From Deltaproteobacteria bacterium (GTDB lineage: Bacteria; Desulfobacterota; Desulfarculia; Adiutricales; Adiutricaceae), in NCBI GenBank assembly GCA_031276635.1, contig JAISMU010000045.1:2955-66954 (forward strand): a stretch of DNA of 64,000 nucleotides, in the 5' to 3' direction. Both the position numbers and the translations under genes were made by a program. The notes below the pieces were generated by a model, which was given only the letters and a program-made list of their open reading frames with translations, had not been told where the DNA came from and did no database searches. Shown here in pieces: positions 30,576-44,085 of this stretch. Each line of letters starts with the position of its first letter. Position 1 is the stretch's first letter.

Positions 30576-31190
30576 ATGACCATCAAGGACCGCTCCCGCC
30601 TGGACGACCACTATAGCCAAAAAGCCCGGAGTCTGGGTTATCCGGCCCGCTCGGTCTTTAAACTGGCCGAGTTTGACCAGAGTTATCGGTTGTTCCGGCC
30701 TGGACAGAAAGTTTTGGACCTGGGTTGCGCCCCGGGCAGCTGGACCTTGTACGTGGCGGAGAAGGTTGGGGCCACTGGCCGGGTGGTAGGTTTGGACCTG
30801 GCTATTCCCCCGGGGGCGTTTCCCGGCTGGGTTCGGCTGGGGGCGGTGGATTTGCTGGCCGGGGAGGAAGCTTTTTCGAAGGTGGCTGAGGAGTTAGGCG
30901 GCTTGGCTCAGGCGGTTTTGTCCGACCTGGCCCCCAAAACCACTGGACGCCGGGAGATCGACCAGGCCCGGAGCCTGGAGTTGGTCGGGGCGGCCTGGGC
31001 TTGGGCTCAGAAGTTGCTGGAGCCGGGGGGGCTATTTCTGTTCAAGGTTTTTCAAAGCCCGGAGGCGGACGCTTTCATTAACCAGCTCAAAGCGGGTTTT
31101 CAGAGCCTTATCCGCTTGAAACCCCAGGCCTCTCGGAAAAATAGCCAGGAGATTTTTGTCCTGGCCCGGGGCATGGGGCTTAAACCTTAG
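30576..31190 (+). CDS. rlmE: 23S rRNA (uridine-2'-O)-methyltransferase RlmE/FtsJ
   Basis: Intact N-terminal region (DDHYSQKARSLGYPARSVFKL), SAM motif I (VLDLGCAPGSW), and the K-D-K-E tetrad positions (VFKL, LSDLAP, LFKVF, SQEIFV). Confidence 0.9.
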   Translation: MTIKDRSRLDDHYSQKARSLGYPARSVFKLAEFDQSYRLFRPGQKVLDLGCAPGSWTLYVAEKVGATGRVVGLDLAIPPGAFPGWVRLGAVDLLAGEEAFSKVAEELGGLAQAVLSDLAPKTTGRREIDQARSLELVGAAWAWAQKLLEPGGLFLFKVFQSPEADAFINQLKAGFQSLIRLKPQASRKNSQEIFVLARGMGLKP

Positions 31191-32532
31191 GGTTGTTGGC
31201 CGGGCCCGCCGCCAGTTGGGCCCGGGCCTCCACGGTCAGGGCGTGGGCGGTCAAACCCTCAGCCCGGGCCAGGGCGCTGATGGTCGGGGTCAGCCCGGCC
31301 AAGGCCTTTTGGCTCAATTGCTGGAAAGTCATTTTCCGCAAAAAGGCGTCGGTGGAAAGACCCGAAAAAGAGCGAGCCGCCCCTCCGGTCGGGAGGACGT
31401 GGTTGGGCCCGGTGGCGTAATCCCCGCCAGGAATGGGCGAGTGGGGGCCCAGGAAGACCGAGCCGGCGTTTTGAACCTGGCCCAGGTGACTTAAAGGGTC
31501 CGCAATGTAGAGTTGGAGATGCTCAGGGGCGTACTCGTTGGCCAGGGCCAAAGCCTCGCCCAGATCCGCGGCTACCAGGATGGCCGCGTTTTTCAGGCTC
31601 TCCTGGATTATGGGGGCTCGGTCCAGGTCGGCGAGTTTTTCTTGGGCGATTGTCGCGACTCGCTGGGCCAGTTCCCGGGTGGTGGTCACCAGAACCGCCG
31701 CCGCCTCGGGGTCGTGTTCCAGCTGGGCTAGAAAATCCCAGGCCAGAATGGTGGGGTCGGCGCTCTGGTCGGCGATGATGAAGCCCTCGGAAGGCCCGGC
31801 CGGCAGATCGATATCGACCTCCCCATAGACGGCCAGTTTGGCGGCCGTGACCCAGGAGCTACCCGGCCCGACGATCTTATCGACCTTTGGGAGCCCCAAA
31901 AGGCCATAGGCCAACGAGCCGATGGCCCAAGCTCCCCCCAGCTTGTAAATCCTGGTGGCCCCGGCCAGATGGGCGGCGGCCACAATCGTCGGCCGGGCCA
32001 GAAATCCAGGGCCCGGCGGGGTGACGGCCACAATTTCCTGGACCCCGGCCACCTGGGCCGGGGCGATGTTCATGAGAGCGCTGGAGGGATAGGCGGCCCG
32101 GCCCCCGGGGATGTAGACCCCCACCCGGGCCAGGGGCCGGGTGACCCGACCAGCCAAAAGGCCCGGCTGGACCTCGGTCAGCCACATGGCCCGCTCCAGC
32201 TGGGCCGCGTGAAACTTTTTAATATTGTTGAGGGCGGTCTGGAGAGCCTGGACGAGCTCGGGGCTGACCTCATTTAAGGCTCGCTCTAGCTCCTCAGGCC
32301 CGACCAAAAGGTCCTCGGGGGTCAGGTCGGGTTTTAGGGGGCCGTATTCCCGGGCCAGCTCAGCCAAAGGTTCGGCCCGCAGCCGATCTAGAATGAGCCG
32401 GGTCTCGGCCTGAGCGGCGTGGAAGGCGACCGCGGATCTGGCCAGGATCTTCTGGCGCCGGGCCGGGGTCAGTTCCTTAATGGTTTCCACCGGGATAGTG
32501 GGGTTATGAGGGGGGGAGCTCATTTTACTCAC
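31180..32532 (-). CDS. hisD: histidinol dehydrogenase
   Basis: Conserved blocks YIPGGRAAYPSS, IVGPGSSWVTAAK, QLEHDPEAAAVL and EHLQL. 450 aa. The 3' end overlaps the rlmE 3' end convergently by 11 nt. Confidence 0.95.
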   Translation of the reverse strand: MSKMSSPPHNPTIPVETIKELTPARRQKILARSAVAFHAAQAETRLILDRLRAEPLAELAREYGPLKPDLTPEDLLVGPEELERALNEVSPELVQALQTALNNIKKFHAAQLERAMWLTEVQPGLLAGRVTRPLARVGVYIPGGRAAYPSSALMNIAPAQVAGVQEIVAVTPPGPGFLARPTIVAAAHLAGATRIYKLGGAWAIGSLAYGLLGLPKVDKIVGPGSSWVTAAKLAVYGEVDIDLPAGPSEGFIIADQSADPTILAWDFLAQLEHDPEAAAVLVTTTRELAQRVATIAQEKLADLDRAPIIQESLKNAAILVAADLGEALALANEYAPEHLQLYIADPLSHLGQVQNAGSVFLGPHSPIPGGDYATGPNHVLPTGGAARSFSGLSTDAFLRKMTFQQLSQKALAGLTPTISALARAEGLTAHALTVEARAQLAAGPANNPKV

Positions 32533-32542
32533 AATGGGGTTC

Positions 32543-33058
32543 TCAATGGCCTGGGCCTTTGGGGCGACGACTCTGGAAGAAGGCCTGAATCAGGCGAGCG
32601 CAGGGCTCGGCCAGAACCCCGCCCTGGATCTCCAGGCGGTGGTTGAGACCAGACAGGCTCTGTAGATCCAACAAAGAGCCGGCCGCGCCCCATTTGGGCT
32701 CTGGGGCTCCATAGTGGACCGCCAGCAGCCGGGCGTGGATGGCCGCCATCAGGCACATGGGACAGGGCTCCAGAGTGGAGACCAGGGTCAGGCCAGCCAA
32801 CCGATAATTGCCAATGGTCTGGGCGGCGGCCCGGATGGCCAGAATCTCGGCGTGGGCCGTGGGATCCTTGAGCTCAATGACCTGATTGTGAGTCTGGGCC
32901 AGAATCTGGCCCGAGGCGTCAAAGATGACCGCCCCGGCCGGCACCTCGCCTCGCTGGGCGGCGGTCTCGGCCATTTTAAGGGCTAGGCCCATGAAATAAC
33001 GGCTGGTCTCAGGGTTGGGCGCGGGTTGGCTCTGGTCGGGGGCTGGTTGATAAATCAT
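32543..33058 (-). CDS. tadA: tRNA adenosine(34) deaminase
   Basis: Deaminase zinc motifs HAEILAIR and PCPMCLMA. I prefer the ATG at 33058, which has SD AGGAAGGA and gives about 171 aa. The ORF-track start at 33208 adds a non-conserved 50-aa extension. Confidence 0.87.
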   Translation of the reverse strand: MIYQPAPDQSQPAPNPETSRYFMGLALKMAETAAQRGEVPAGAVIFDASGQILAQTHNQVIELKDPTAHAEILAIRAAAQTIGNYRLAGLTLVSTLEPCPMCLMAAIHARLLAVHYGAPEPKWGAAGSLLDLQSLSGLNHRLEIQGGVLAEPCARLIQAFFQSRRPKGPGH

Positions 33059-33661
33059 GAGGTCCTTCCTGAAAATCAATGGCCCTGATTTTAATGGTCC
33101 CGCCGGGGAAAAGCAAACTCTTGGGTTTTTCCTCGGTCCCAGAATCAACCTGGCTCGGCCAACCGGACTGAGATTGGTCAAAAATTTTCCCGACCGGCTC
33201 TCGGGCAAAATTCACCCGCCCGGGCCCAGGCTCCAGGGGGAGGGACGACTGGGCCCGGGCGCGGCCAGAAAATCCAGCTTTTGCCTAGGGAAGGTGGTTT
33301 GACTGTATATTTTTTTCCTTTATAATACTAATGTAAGTGGAGAGCGTAAATTTACTCTGGTCAGGGCTCGGCTAGGCCGGGGAGCCGGGTGGCCAGCCGC
33401 TGAAAACAATTTTAATGATTTTTTTCTACTAGATATTTCGGTTGACATTATACAATTGTATTTAAATTAAACATCAGTATTATTAAATGAAGTAGTATTT
33501 TTTAAAAATAATTAATTTTATTTAGTCGGGATTTAGTTTAAGATGAGATTTCCCGCCTGAGCGTCCCGGGAGATAGTTAGCTCACTTGGCCAGCAGTTGA
33601 CGCTTTTTTTATGGCCTCGCCTTATTTTAGGTCAATTTTGGATTAATGGAGAAAAACGTCA

Positions 33662-34189
33662 ATGTCCGAGGAAAATCGCAAATATGAGTTCACCTGGGAG
33701 CTGATTGGGGACTTAGACACCGCCAGGCCCAACTTGGGCCCGACCCTGAGGCTGGAGGCCTATCGCCTTCTGCAGTTCTGCTGCCGGGACATAATTGAGC
33801 AGGATTACGGGACCGAGGCGGCCGATCGGGTCTTTTTCAAAGCTGGGGCCCTGGCTGGCCGACACTTTTACGAAAATGTCCTAGACCACACCCCTGAGGA
33901 TATCAACGACCTGGTCAAGCAGCTTCAGCAGGTTCTGCGGGACATTGGCATCGGCATTTTCAAGGTGGAGAAGTTCAACGACAATCTGGAATGCACCGTG
34001 ACGGTCTCCGAGGATCTGGACTGCTCGGGCCTGCCGGAACTGGGCTATGGGGTTTGCGTCTACGATGAGGGGTTCATCGCCGGGATTCTGGAGTCCTTCA
34101 CCGGTCGGGTCTTTGATGTCAAGGAAATTGACTGCTGGTGCACCAATGAGCGCACCTGCCGTTTTGAGGCTAAGCCCAAAGCGGTTTGA
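33662..34189 (+). CDS. V4R (4-vinyl reductase-like) domain protein
   Basis: 175 aa with the V4R-type layout and a C-terminal Cys-rich end (DCSGLPELGYGVCVYDEGF...IDCWCTNERTCRFE). Confidence 0.68.
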   Translation: MSEENRKYEFTWELIGDLDTARPNLGPTLRLEAYRLLQFCCRDIIEQDYGTEAADRVFFKAGALAGRHFYENVLDHTPEDINDLVKQLQQVLRDIGIGIFKVEKFNDNLECTVTVSEDLDCSGLPELGYGVCVYDEGFIAGILESFTGRVFDVKEIDCWCTNERTCRFEAKPKAV

Positions 34190-34257
34190 CAGCTTTATCA
34201 CCAGGCGACTTTCAGGTTCGCGCGACGCGGGGTTGAGCCGATGAGCGGGGAAGGAAA

Positions 34258-35412
34258 TTGACTCAGGAGCCTGCCCACAGGAACCGGCTCAAGACTTTTA
34301 CCCGGGCTCAGGCTGAGTCCATGTTCAAGTTTTTGGAAAAAGTCATCATGGAGAGCAAGACCCCGGTCCTGCCACCTGAGTACGCCAAGTGGGACACTTT
34401 CAACTCTCTTTATCAGCACACCACCGAGATTAAAAACGCCCTGGGCAATTTCGCCAAGGGCGATCTGGACTTGCGGTTGGTCAAGAAAGGGGCCACTTCC
34501 GGCAGCCTCAAGGCCATTCTGGCCAATCTGTCCCACCTGGCCTGGCAGTTCAAGGTGGCCGCCTCCGGCGATTACAGCCACACTGTGGATTTCATGGGGG
34601 ATTTTTCCGAAGCCTTCAACCTCATGACCTCCTCCTTGCGCTGCCACGAGATGGAAATCAAGGAAAAGCAGGAAGAGCTGGCCAAGATGGCCGAGGAGCT
34701 GAAAAAAGAGATCCACCGTCGCGACCAGTTTGAGGCGGCCCTGAAGGAGAGCGAGCGCAATTACCGCAATCAGGCCCTGCACGACCCGTTGACCCACATC
34801 TATAACCGCTCTTATTTTAACGAGGCCGGGAAGAGGGAAGTCGAGATGACCCGGCGTCAAGGGACGGATTTGTGCCTTTTAATGATGGATTTGGACCATT
34901 TTAAGAATTTTAACGACACTTATGGCCATCTGAGCGGGGACGCGGCCCTGATTCACGTAACCAAGATCATCAACGAGCTCAAGCGCAACACGGACATCTT
35001 CGCCCGGTACGGGGGTGAGGAGTTTGTGTTGTTGTTGCCGCAGACCAGTTTCGCCGGTGGCCTCGTCATCGCCAACCGGATCCGAAACGAGGTGGCTTCC
35101 CGACCCGACCCGGCCCCCAACTGCCGGACTCCCTTGACGCTCAGCCTCGGGCTGGCCAGTCTCTCCCAGGAAGAGGCTCTGGCCGACTCCAGCTCCTGCG
35201 AGGACCTGCTGCGCACGTTGCTGGCTCGGGCCGACGAGGGCCTGTACATGGGCAAGAAGCGAGGTCGCAACCAGGTCTGCTGGGTGGGCATGAGCGAGGA
35301 CGCGGCGGTTCCCCTGGAGGAGTCGGTTCCCCTTAGCGTCGTCGAGCCCGCCCTCGTCCCGTCTGGCCATCCGCCTCTTCCCCCCGCCGCGATGGGCCAG
35401 GAGGAGGGCTGA
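34258..35412 (+). CDS. diguanylate cyclase (GGDEF) with N-terminal HAMP-like and coiled-coil segment
   Basis: GGDEF domain with RYGGEEFVLLLP and DHFKNFNDTYGH, and a coiled-coil region EIKEKQEELAKMAEELKKE. The start is uncertain (TTG 34258, or ATG 34321). Confidence 0.87.
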   Translation: MTQEPAHRNRLKTFTRAQAESMFKFLEKVIMESKTPVLPPEYAKWDTFNSLYQHTTEIKNALGNFAKGDLDLRLVKKGATSGSLKAILANLSHLAWQFKVAASGDYSHTVDFMGDFSEAFNLMTSSLRCHEMEIKEKQEELAKMAEELKKEIHRRDQFEAALKESERNYRNQALHDPLTHIYNRSYFNEAGKREVEMTRRQGTDLCLLMMDLDHFKNFNDTYGHLSGDAALIHVTKIINELKRNTDIFARYGGEEFVLLLPQTSFAGGLVIANRIRNEVASRPDPAPNCRTPLTLSLGLASLSQEEALADSSSCEDLLRTLLARADEGLYMGKKRGRNQVCWVGMSEDAAVPLEESVPLSVVEPALVPSGHPPLPPAAMGQEEG

Positions 35413-35719
35413 GGCTGGCGAGAGGGGGCTGGCCGGGTGGATAGGGGCCGGAAATGAGCGTAAAGGCTTGATTTTCGGGGTGAAGAAGACTATCATGACC
35501 AATATGTTGGTTAATTTTTCTAAATAAAAATTGACCAATACCTTTTGGGCTGAGTTTTTCCCAAATCCCAAAACTGAGGGCGACGAGTCCGGGCCAGGCC
35601 CTGACCAGGCTTTGGGCGGGGGAGCCAATGACCCACCTTATCAGGCGGGACTCGGCCAAGCTAAATCCCAGGCGGGTGGCGCGATTCCGGCCCTGGGTCA
35701 GAGGCAAGGATATCGGCTG

Positions 35720-37522
35720 GTGAGAAACCTGACTTTAAGCCTCAAAATCACCCTGAGCTTTGCCCTGGTCTTAGTGGCCACCTTGGCCATGATTCTCCTG
35801 GTCATCAGGACCATGTCCAATACCTCCCGGTTGGCCGAGACCACCCGGGCCCAGGCTTTTGAGCTGGGGTTGCTGGTTGGCCAGGTTGGCCTCGCTGGGG
35901 AAGTTGCCCTATCAGGAGCGGGGACCCCGACCGAGGCCGCGAGCTCCTTTACCTCTCTCTTGAGCCAGGATCCCCGGCCCGACAACCCAGGTCTGGTGGC
36001 CGCGACCGAGAGTTTATTTTCGACCCTCAGTCAGGCCAAAAAAGATCTGGTCGCGGCAAGGCGGCTTCAGGGGGAGTTGGCCGCGGCTTGGCGGAGCGCC
36101 GCTTTGGCCTGGGCCAGAGCTCTGGGCGAGGCCGGGAGCCTCCCAGACCAACTGGCCAACTTGGAGCCGGGATTTCAGCTGGGGAGTCTGGAAACAGCGC
36201 TGGAGCCAACGATCAACGCCCAGGCTCTAGAGCGGTGGCTGGTCTCTCTCGGCCAGTGGGAGCGGGATCAGCGAGCCCTGGGGGAGCCTCGGGCCAGCCT
36301 GCCGGCTCTAACCAAGACGGCCACGGCGGCCTGGCAAGCCAGTCAAACTACTCAGGCCCTGGTCAGCGAGGCCCGCCGTCTGGGGGGCCAGCTGCCTCAG
36401 GTCATCCGAGATTGGCCAGGCGATCCTGGACGAGCCGCTCGGGATCTGGCTGGCGGGTTGACTTTGGGTTTTCTGGGGCTGGGCGGCCTGACCACGCTCT
36501 TGATTTTTTATATTTTTCGGACTGTTATTCGGCCCTTGCGGCAGGTTCTGGGCGGCTTGGAGGAGAGCGCCGGCGAGGTGACCGGCACTGTGCGCCTTTT
36601 GTCGCGTTCCAGCCGCTCCCTGGCCAAGGGGGCCTCGGATAACACCCAAGCCGTGCTGGCGGCCATCTCCAGCCTGGAAGACCTGTTAAACACCGCTAAA
36701 CGCAACGCCGGGCACTCGGGGGAGGCCAAAGAGCTGATGGACAAGGCCAAGTCCTTTGTGGATGAGGCCAACGCGGCCATGAGCCAGATCTCCGTGGCCA
36801 TGGAAGAGATTAAAAACAGCGGGCAGGCCAGTAGCCAGATTATCAAGTCGGTCGAGGAGATCGCTTTCCAGACCAACATCCTGGCCCTGAACGCGGCGGT
36901 GGAGGCGGCCCGGGCCGGGGAAGCCGGAGTGGGGTTCGCGGTGGTGGCCGATGAGGTGCGCAACCTGGCCAACAGCTCCTCGGCGGCGGCCAAGAATACC
37001 TCTTCCATGCTGGCCGGCAGCATCAAGCGCATCAATGAGGGGGCCCAGCTGGTGACTCAGACTGAGGCCAGCTTCAAATCCCTGGTGGCCACTTCCGAGG
37101 AGGTGGCCAAGCTGGTCAACAACATCACCCTGGCCAGTCAGAGCCAAGCCCGGGCCATTCAGGACGTTCATCAGTCCATCGCCTTGATGGATAAAGTTAC
37201 CCAGGAAAACGCGGTCGAGGCGGCGGAGACGGAAAACATCTCTCAGGCCCTGAACAGCCAGGCCACTCTCCTCAATCGCACGGTCCGGAAGATCTCCTCA
37301 ATCCTGCATGGCTTGGCCATGGGGTCCCGGCCAGCTTCCGCCCTGGGCCCGACCGCCTCCCAGCGGGCTCCAAGGGCCGCGCGTGGGTCGGGCCCAGCCC
37401 GACCGGAGCCGGAAACGTTAGCCGCCGCCCGTCTGGGCTCGCCCGCGGTCGAGCCCAGAGCGGGCAAAAAAGTTTCCAAGAAGGCCCTGGAAAAGGCCAT
37501 ACCCATGGATGACGACTTCTGA
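35720..37522 (+). CDS. methyl-accepting chemotaxis protein
   Basis: Highly conserved MCP signalling hairpin [38 protein letters not shown], with two TM segments flanking a periplasmic region. I prefer the GTG at 35720 (SD AAGGA, begins [14 protein letters not shown]). The ORF-track start at 35531 adds a non-membrane leader. Confidence 0.86.
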   Translation: MRNLTLSLKITLSFALVLVATLAMILLVIRTMSNTSRLAETTRAQAFELGLLVGQVGLAGEVALSGAGTPTEAASSFTSLLSQDPRPDNPGLVAATESLFSTLSQAKKDLVAARRLQGELAAAWRSAALAWARALGEAGSLPDQLANLEPGFQLGSLETALEPTINAQALERWLVSLGQWERDQRALGEPRASLPALTKTATAAWQASQTTQALVSEARRLGGQLPQVIRDWPGDPGRAARDLAGGLTLGFLGLGGLTTLLIFYIFRTVIRPLRQVLGGLEESAGEVTGTVRLLSRSSRSLAKGASDNTQAVLAAISSLEDLLNTAKRNAGHSGEAKELMDKAKSFVDEANAAMSQISVAMEEIKNSGQASSQIIKSVEEIAFQTNILALNAAVEAARAGEAGVGFAVVADEVRNLANSSSAAAKNTSSMLAGSIKRINEGAQLVTQTEASFKSLVATSEEVAKLVNNITLASQSQARAIQDVHQSIALMDKVTQENAVEAAETENISQALNSQATLLNRTVRKISSILHGLAMGSRPASALGPTASQRAPRAARGSGPARPEPETLAAARLGSPAVEPRAGKKVSKKALEKAIPMDDDF

Positions 37523-37715
37523 CCCCTTCTGGCCCTGGTAACTGATTTTTTGGGGATTGAGCTTTAACTTTCGCTGGCTTTGATTTGGCCTGTGGCTGGT
37601 TCCCCCAGTCCACCCGGGTTGAGGCCTGGAAAAAGGGGCCAGAGGTAGGCGACCTTGAACAGGCGCCTCTGACTCAGGCGGATAGAGAAAAAAAACTATA
37701 AATGGAGTCCCTTCA

Positions 37716-40106
37716 TTGCTTATATACGCGCGCGCCCAAGAAGACCGGCCAGCCTCGCCCCGCCCTGGGGCCAGTTTGGTCGCTCGACTGACCCAATGGC
37801 TGGTGGTGGCCCCGGTTTTAGGCGTCCTGTTTGGGGGCGCCTTGGCTTTGGGGACTCAGGCCGCGGTTAGCCTGGCTCTGACCAGCTTGGCTCTGGCTCA
37901 GGCCAATCCCGATCCGGCCAGCCCGGCTGACTCCACCATAACTTTAACTAAGACGGTTGAGGTCTACACCTTTGAGGACCTGACTTTTTCCATTGACGCC
38001 CACACCGTGGCTCCGGGCGAAAATTTGGCCGGAATCCTCAAGAAGCGGGGCCTGTGGCCGACTACCCCCGACGCCAACCGGGAGGCCCAGCTGATCCGCC
38101 TGGTCAAACGCCTCAACCCCGTCATCGCTAACCCGGACCTCATCGCCCCGGGCCAGGAGATTTACTTGCCCACGCCCCGACCGGTGGAGGAGGAGCCGGT
38201 CCCAGAGCCGGAGCCCCCAGCTCCAGAGCCCGAGGTGGAGGTGGATCCCCCGGGGGTGGTTTCTTACTCCATAAATGACCAGGCCGCCACCCCAGCCCCG
38301 CCGCCAAAGCTGGAGTCCCCCCCAGCCAGCGACCAGGGCCCGGAGCCCATCCCCCTGGAGTCCCATCCCCTGGAGGGGGAGCCCCTGGCGGCGGGCGAGT
38401 ATCCGACCCGGTCAACCAGACCCACCCGGGCCCCGGCTCGATCCACGCCCCAGGCGGCCGGAACCGGAGAGCTGGAGATGGCCCCGGATGGGACGGTCTT
38501 TCGGACGGTGACCGTCAAAAAGGGCGACACCCTGGAAAAACTCTTGCGGCGTGAGGGGGTGGACCCCAATCTCATTTACCGTCATCTTATTAAAATCACC
38601 CTGAGCCTCAACCCGGAACTCAAAAACCCTAACGTCATCGGAGTAGGAGCCGAGCTGCGCGTGCCGGCCGTGGGGGCCTACCTGGCTGAGCTGCCCGTCT
38701 CGGCCCGAGTGGCCAATCGGCGTCAGCGGGCCGGAGAGAGGGAGGCCAACCTCGATCAGGCCAGCCTGAGCCAGGCCGCCGCCGGGGCTGGAAGCTACCG
38801 GGCCAACATCGCCGATAAGCCCAAAAGAAAGGCCCCGGCTCGACCAGCCGGGCCAAAATTTACCCTGTCCACCAAAAGGCTGCCCCCGGCTCCCATGCCT
38901 ACCGCCAGCTCCCAGAGCTCCCGGACTATCCTGGGGGTCATCTTCACCCGGCTGGGGGAGACGTTTGTCAACAAAGGCCGCCTTTTTCTGCCTTTGGATG
39001 AGCCGCCGCACTTTGACATTGACACAGGGTCCATTCCCGTGATTGAGCTCAGAAATGGCCGGCGGATCGTTCTGGACCTACAGAAAGCCCTGGCCCCGGA
39101 GCTCATCACCCGGTTCCGGGCCAAGTACTCTGAGTACCTTATTTTTCAACCGGCCCGGGGCGAGTCCATGGAAAAAGCCCTGGAGCGGCTCTGGCCCATG
39201 TGCGGCTATTACCGGGTCTACAATAAGAGTCAATCATTTGAGGGTGGGACGGATATCAAGCTGAGGCTTTCGGCTGACTGGCTCATCTGGCCCACAGCCG
39301 AGACCTGGAATCGCGGGCAGCCGGCGGTCATCAACCTGGCCCCGGCCCCGGACAACGCCACCCCGCAGGCTTGGGTCCGGTTCCTAGCCAACCATGGGAT
39401 CACGGTCATTGACCTCTATAAGGGGTTGGCTCTGGCCGACTCGACCCGGGCCCCCACCCCTATCAATAACTTCACAGTCATTGACGTGGACAGCCAGAAC
39501 CCTTCGGTCTTCGCCGAGACCTTGATCAAGAGCCTGGGGTTCGCTCCTCGCCTGGGCGTCCGGGTGGACCTCAAACGCGGTCGCATCGTGACTGGGGGAG
39601 CGACGACCGGCCCCGATCAGTCGCCCCCAGTCTTTTGGGAGGCCGGCCCGGCCCGGACCGTGCTGGAGTATGGGGATCTCTCCAGCGAGGACCTGGAGGT
39701 TCTGCGGAAGAACAACTTCAAGGTCATCTCCAGCGGTCGGGACATTGACCAGGTCCTGAAATCAGTTCTGGCGGCCCTGGGGATCAAGCTGGAGAGCTCC
39801 TTGGTCTTGAACGGCTCTTCCCCGGGCGGCCCGACCATTACCCTGACCATCAGTGGGCAGAGTTTTGTTTTTAATGGCCGATCCTATCTCTTTACTGACG
39901 TGGACGTGCCCACCAACATGGTCGCGCTCGACCCCAATCAGGTGACGGTAGTCTTAAAGCGCCAGCGGGCGGCGGCCAATCCCCAAGCCTCGGCTTCCCC
40001 GGCCCCGGTGGATCCGGCCACTCTCAGCCCGGCCTCGCCGGATCCGGTCTCGACTGACAGCCCGGTTCCCCAGCCTGGCCCAATTGAGGTCGATGACCTC
40101 AAGTAG
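37716..40106 (+). CDS. large secreted LysM-domain protein with proline-rich linkers
   Basis: Signal or anchor-like hydrophobic N-terminus, at least two LysM-like segments (HTVAPGENLAGILKKRGL..., VTVKKGDTLEKLLRREGV...), and PEPEPPAPEPE and P/A-rich tracts. The start codon is uncertain (TTG). Confidence 0.68.
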   Translation: MLIYARAQEDRPASPRPGASLVARLTQWLVVAPVLGVLFGGALALGTQAAVSLALTSLALAQANPDPASPADSTITLTKTVEVYTFEDLTFSIDAHTVAPGENLAGILKKRGLWPTTPDANREAQLIRLVKRLNPVIANPDLIAPGQEIYLPTPRPVEEEPVPEPEPPAPEPEVEVDPPGVVSYSINDQAATPAPPPKLESPPASDQGPEPIPLESHPLEGEPLAAGEYPTRSTRPTRAPARSTPQAAGTGELEMAPDGTVFRTVTVKKGDTLEKLLRREGVDPNLIYRHLIKITLSLNPELKNPNVIGVGAELRVPAVGAYLAELPVSARVANRRQRAGEREANLDQASLSQAAAGAGSYRANIADKPKRKAPARPAGPKFTLSTKRLPPAPMPTASSQSSRTILGVIFTRLGETFVNKGRLFLPLDEPPHFDIDTGSIPVIELRNGRRIVLDLQKALAPELITRFRAKYSEYLIFQPARGESMEKALERLWPMCGYYRVYNKSQSFEGGTDIKLRLSADWLIWPTAETWNRGQPAVINLAPAPDNATPQAWVRFLANHGITVIDLYKGLALADSTRAPTPINNFTVIDVDSQNPSVFAETLIKSLGFAPRLGVRVDLKRGRIVTGGATTGPDQSPPVFWEAGPARTVLEYGDLSSEDLEVLRKNNFKVISSGRDIDQVLKSVLAALGIKLESSLVLNGSSPGGPTITLTISGQSFVFNGRSYLFTDVDVPTNMVALDPNQVTVVLKRQRAAANPQASASPAPVDPATLSPASPDPVSTDSPVPQPGPIEVDDLK

Positions 40107-40180
40107 ACCAAGGCCAGGCCTGGGTCGGGCTGGGCCGCGCTAACCCGCCCGCGGCGGTCAGGAGGGTTCCTACTCCAACC

Positions 40181-43129
<2,949 letters not shown>

Positions 43130-43203
43130 GCCGCCGGCGCCCACCCCAGGGGCCGGTCGCTCAACCCCGGACCCTTCGCGAAAAAAGCCAAATAAGGATA
43201 GAC

Positions 43204-44085
43204 ATGAGCTTCAAGCCTTTGACAATGGCGGACATGGAGATATTTCGGGCCGCGGAAAAGGCCGCGCCCTTAACCACCTCGGATGTCATCTTCTCCAATC
43301 TTCTGATCTGGAATGACTATTACCACTTCACTTGGGAGCGGTTGGCGGGATGCCTGGTCCTGCTGGCCAGCCCCGAGGGTCAGGCCCCTTTCGCCCTGCC
43401 GCCTCTGGGCTTGGGGGACCGGCTGGCGGCGGCCGAAAAAGTCTTCAGTCTCATGTCCGCCCCTCTGATGTCGCGGGTACCCGAGGAGTTAGCTCAATTT
43501 TACCAGGCCCAACGCCCCGGCTGGGCCAGCGCCCCAGACCCGGACAATGACGATTACGTTTACCTGGCTGAAAAGCTCATCAACTTGAGCGGTCGCCGCA
43601 TGCACCAGAAGAAAAATCACTACAATTACTTTCGGCAAAATTATGAGGCCGAGTTTGAGGACGTGACACCGGAGCTGGCCCCAGAGCTGATCGCATTGGA
43701 GGACCTGTGGTTGACGGCCAAGACCGAGAAAATCGGGCCTCAGACTCATCTGGTCATGGAAAGGCGGGCGATCCATCTGCTGTTGTCCAACCTGGAGACC
43801 CTGAATTTGCGGGGCCTGGCCATCCGCGTTAATGGTCAGATCGAGGCTTTCACCATCGGGGAGGTCCTGAACGCGGACACAGCCGTCATCCACGCGGAAA
43901 AGGGCAATCCAGAGATCCGGGGGATTTACGTGGCCCTGTGTAGCCACTTCTGTCGTCGCTATTTTTCGGATCTCACCTACATAAATCGAGAGCAGGACCT
44001 GGGATTGCCGGGCTTGCGCTTTTCCAAGGAATCCTTGAAACCTCACCACATGGCCAAAAAGTTTAACCTCACCCCGTTAGATTGA
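43204..44085 (+). CDS. DUF2156-type protein (lysyl-phosphatidylglycerol-synthase C-terminal-like acyltransferase fold)
   Basis: MSFKPLTMADMEIF...SDVIFSNLLIWNDYY...NDDYVYL...GRRMHQKKNHYNYF... matches the DUF2156 pattern. The ATG at 43204 follows the kinase stop. The ORF-track start at 43027 lies inside the kinase gene. Confidence 0.7.
   Translation: MSFKPLTMADMEIFRAAEKAAPLTTSDVIFSNLLIWNDYYHFTWERLAGCLVLLASPEGQAPFALPPLGLGDRLAAAEKVFSLMSAPLMSRVPEELAQFYQAQRPGWASAPDPDNDDYVYLAEKLINLSGRRMHQKKNHYNYFRQNYEAEFEDVTPELAPELIALEDLWLTAKTEKIGPQTHLVMERRAIHLLLSNLETLNLRGLAIRVNGQIEAFTIGEVLNADTAVIHAEKGNPEIRGIYVALCSHFCRRYFSDLTYINREQDLGLPGLRFSKESLKPHHMAKKFNLTPLD

Noticed and set aside
34198-35628. Long minus-strand ORFs (34198-34860, 220 aa; 34879-35628, 249 aa) opposite the GGDEF gene
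   Set aside because: They are antisense shadow ORFs within a high-GC gene. The plus-strand frame has clear GGDEF motifs, while the minus-strand products are low-complexity (G/L/V/Q/H-rich) with no recognisable domain.
36508-37171. Minus-strand ORFs of 175 and 161 aa inside the MCP gene
   Set aside because: The same shadow-ORF effect of GC-rich coding DNA. The MCP signalling hairpin on the plus strand is unambiguous.
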